64,000 bases of DNA from Octopus vulgaris (lineage: Eukaryota), in NCBI GenBank assembly GCA_951406725.2, contig OX597817.1, positions 32,488,001 to 32,552,000 of the forward strand, written 5' to 3'. Both the position numbers and the translations under genes were made by a program. Positions 61,215 through 64,000 of this stretch are shown here, piece after piece; position 1 is the first letter of the stretch, and the number at the start of each line of letters is the position of its first letter. The notes under the pieces are model-generated. The model had not been told where the DNA came from. It searched no databases and worked only from the letters and a program-made list of their open reading frames with translations.

Positions 61215-61944
61215 TAATAATATAATAATGAAATTATTGTATACAGTGCTCAGGTGCACCACAACATGTCAAAAGTGCATATAAAGTATATGCAGTAATG
61301 TACAAATGTCTGGAAAGCGAACAGTGTATGAGTCAGATGCATGCTTGTGTGTGTATGGAGGGGAGAAAATCGGGTGTAGTGTTGGCGAATCTCAGGAAGC
61401 ATGGAAGTTTTGAAGGATGCAGTGCTCTGACAACTAACAACTGATGCCGGCAGTCTGTTCCATACTTCAGCAACTCTTAGCGTGAAAAAATGTTTCTGAA
61501 AGTCATGGGAGCTGTGCTGTTTTCTGACTTTGTAAACATGTCCACAGGTGTTAGACAGGTGGAGTTTGAAAGGGTGCTCAGAGTTATTGTTAGTAAGATG
61601 GTTAATAAATTTTATGGGTGTCTGCCAAGTCAGCTGCCAGACGTCGGAGTTTCAATGTGTCCATGCCCAGGGAAGTAAGGCATTCAGAATATAGCAAATG
61701 CCTGATGGAGAGTATTCTCTTGGTTGCACGTCGCTGAACAGCTTCCAAACGATTAATATCCTGGACAAGATAGGGGTTCTAAACCAGTGATGCAAATTCC
61801 AGGTGAGGTCGTACCATAGCTATATAAAGCTGGAGAGTGGCTCACAAAGGACTTGGTGAGTGATGCCAAGACACCCTCAGCCTTCTTGGCAATTTTAGCA
61901 ATGTGTTTTGTCCAACGCAAATCGCTGTCAACAATAACGCCCAC
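61215..61944 (-). mobile_element. CR1-clade LINE fragment, same family as 18885-19232
   Basis: ORF 61753..61944(-) GVIVDSDLRWTKHI...; shares the tacagtgctcaggtgcac 3' end. Confidence 0.85.
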
Positions 61945-63196
61945 TTGTTGATAAATTGAACACTCAAGCAGGTTTGGCTCCTCACCATTTTAACTTATTT
62001 TACCACATCACTCAAATGAGAAAGAATATGCCACTACATTTCCTATTTCTCTTAAAGACCTTAGGCTCCCTGCTTATGTAATGAAATAGTTATTTATATT
62101 TAAGAGTGAGAACTTTTTGCAAATAGAGTCTTTAATCTTTTATAGTGCAGTCAAAGAGCTGTTTCCGATGAATTGAGTTTATAACTATTTTAATGCTCAT
62201 TTGGAATGTCTTGAGAAAGGCATTTGTATTTTGAATGACTTTTCTTTCTCTAAATATTTTGTTTTTTTACATGGGAAAGTATTGTTATTAAAAGGTTGGA
62301 GGAAAGTGCTAAGTTGTTAGCTTTTAAACTTCAGTACCATACAAATCCCATCAATGTTAACAGCCTTTCATTCTCTACGGTCAATAGCATAGATATTAGT
62401 AATAGTCTTTTGTTTTCTACTCTAGGCACAAGGCCTGAAATTTTGAGGGAGGTGGGGCAGTCAATTAGATTGACCTCAGTATGCAACTGGTACTTAATTT
62501 ATCGACCCCCCACCCCACCCCCAAAAAAGGATGAAAGGCAAAGTCAACCTCTGTGGAATTTGAACTCAGAATGTAAAGACAGACGAAATACTGCTAAGCA
62601 TTTCATCCAGTGTGCTAACGTTTCTGCCACCTTATAGATATTAGTAATATTATTATCACCATTGTATCAACATCCACTTTTCCATGCTTGCTTGAGTTGA
62701 GTTTATTGAAGCAGCTTTTTGACTGTCAGATGCCCTTCCTTTCAACCAACCTTCACCATTTTCTAAGCAAGGTAATAAATACTTGCCCAAACGTTTTTGC
62801 AAAATGTTGGAAATAAATGATGCTGTGTATATGACAGTGACACTCATTTATAACTATCACACAATGTCAAAGCAAAGAGACATAAGCATACACACATATC
62901 TGTTGGCATTAGGGAGGGCATCCAGCCATAGAAACCATGCCAAATCAGATTGGAACCTGGTGCACCTCCCTAGCTTACCAGTTTTCAGTCAAACCATCCA
63001 ACCCATGTCAGCATGGAAAACGGACGTTAGATGATGGTGATGATATATATATATATATATCGCGCATGGAGCTGTTTGGCGGGCAATTTAAACTGGTCTT
63101 GTACGTACGTGCATATATATGTATGTATGAGCGTTTGTATATGTAAGTATAATGTATGTTCTGTATATATATATATATCTGCATTTATGTGCCTAC

Positions 63197-63267
63197 CTGG
63201 TATATTCAACTGAAGAAGGCAGAGCTTCTCATGCAAAGTCAGAAATCCAGGATCTTGAATTATCCAG
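63197..63267 (+). ncRNA. Type I hammerhead ribozyme candidate
   Basis: Stem I CTGG-tat-ATTCAA/TTGAAT-tat-CCAG; CTGAAGA core; stem II GGC/GTC; GAAA; stem III ATCC/GGAT; AUC triplet with predicted cleavage after 63254. Confidence 0.6.
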
Positions 63268-64000
63268 AAAAATCTTTTTTGCTAGTTTATTTTGTCTTTC
63301 TATCTTCTCTCCTAGCGCGATATGAATATTTAAGGTGGCTTTAGGGTCAGGGTTTTGACTGCTATTTCAGCATGGTGGTATCTCTCAGATACCCTAATTT
63401 ATAGTTTTAAATAATTATTACCTTTGTATGGTATTTATTCCCATGCTGGCCACTTGATAAGATCAATATTTAAATATCGATATTATCCTTATCTATAAAT
63501 TTATATATATATATATATACACACACACATATATATATATGATAGAAGGCATTTTGTCCAACACTGTAATGATTTTGGCCTGTATAAATTGAGAAAAACA
63601 AAAGATATTCAGTTATTATAAGGCAACTTCTTAATGCCACCTAACATTTATACGATGGGTCAATAAACAGAATCACAACTAATGAAGCAGAGTGGCAACA
63701 AGATTAGAATGCTGGACTTCTGCTGAGCACATGATCATAAGCTTATATCTTATTACTACTACGGCTGTTGTATGGTACTCCTAAGTAAGGAATATAACTC
63801 CACTCTGGTTTACCTAACAAAACAGGTTCTATGCCAATTTGGGGTAGTAAAGTAAAAACAGTCCATTGGTAAGGACAATCTCTTCTCGGGAAAACATCTC
63901 ATTCATACAATCATGTAAAATGGATGGAAGACCTTAAGGGAAAAAATCCAAATGTATATCACATGATTTGATCACTTACCAGTAAAACGTCCTAAACAGT

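Overview
AT-rich, repeat-dense eukaryotic genomic DNA. The SINE/RTE repertoire and (TA)n/(CAT)n microsatellites point to a cephalopod, most likely Octopus sp. (inference). The window holds 16 plus-strand coding exons (11948-57080) of STT3B, the catalytic subunit of the oligosaccharyltransferase. All introns are GT-AG, phases are consistent, and the exons splice to 2143 nt (1 nt completing an upstream Trp codon, 713 aa, then stop). The motifs SYDNE, SVSE, WWDYG and DDINKFLWM are present, and a likely poly(A) signal lies at 57936. The first coding exon(s) were not found and must lie upstream of the window. Introns and flanks are packed with tRNA-derived SINEs (three families), RTE and CR1 LINE fragments, two TTAA-flanked piggyBac-type MITE families, Tc1/mariner remnants and an XPG-like+CXC pseudo-ORF. 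The most unusual signal is a set of sequence-unrelated small elements with inverted ends carrying minimal type I hammerhead ribozyme folds (about 32693, 47549 and 63197, plus a degenerate one at 44278). One has a tRNA-Ile-like head, and one has a compensatory G3-C8 core swap. The sense-strand copies inside STT3B introns look catalytically disabled, while the copy outside the gene has the most intact core. No CRISPR arrays, rRNA or true tRNA genes were found. Repeat boundaries given without TSD/TIR evidence are approximate.
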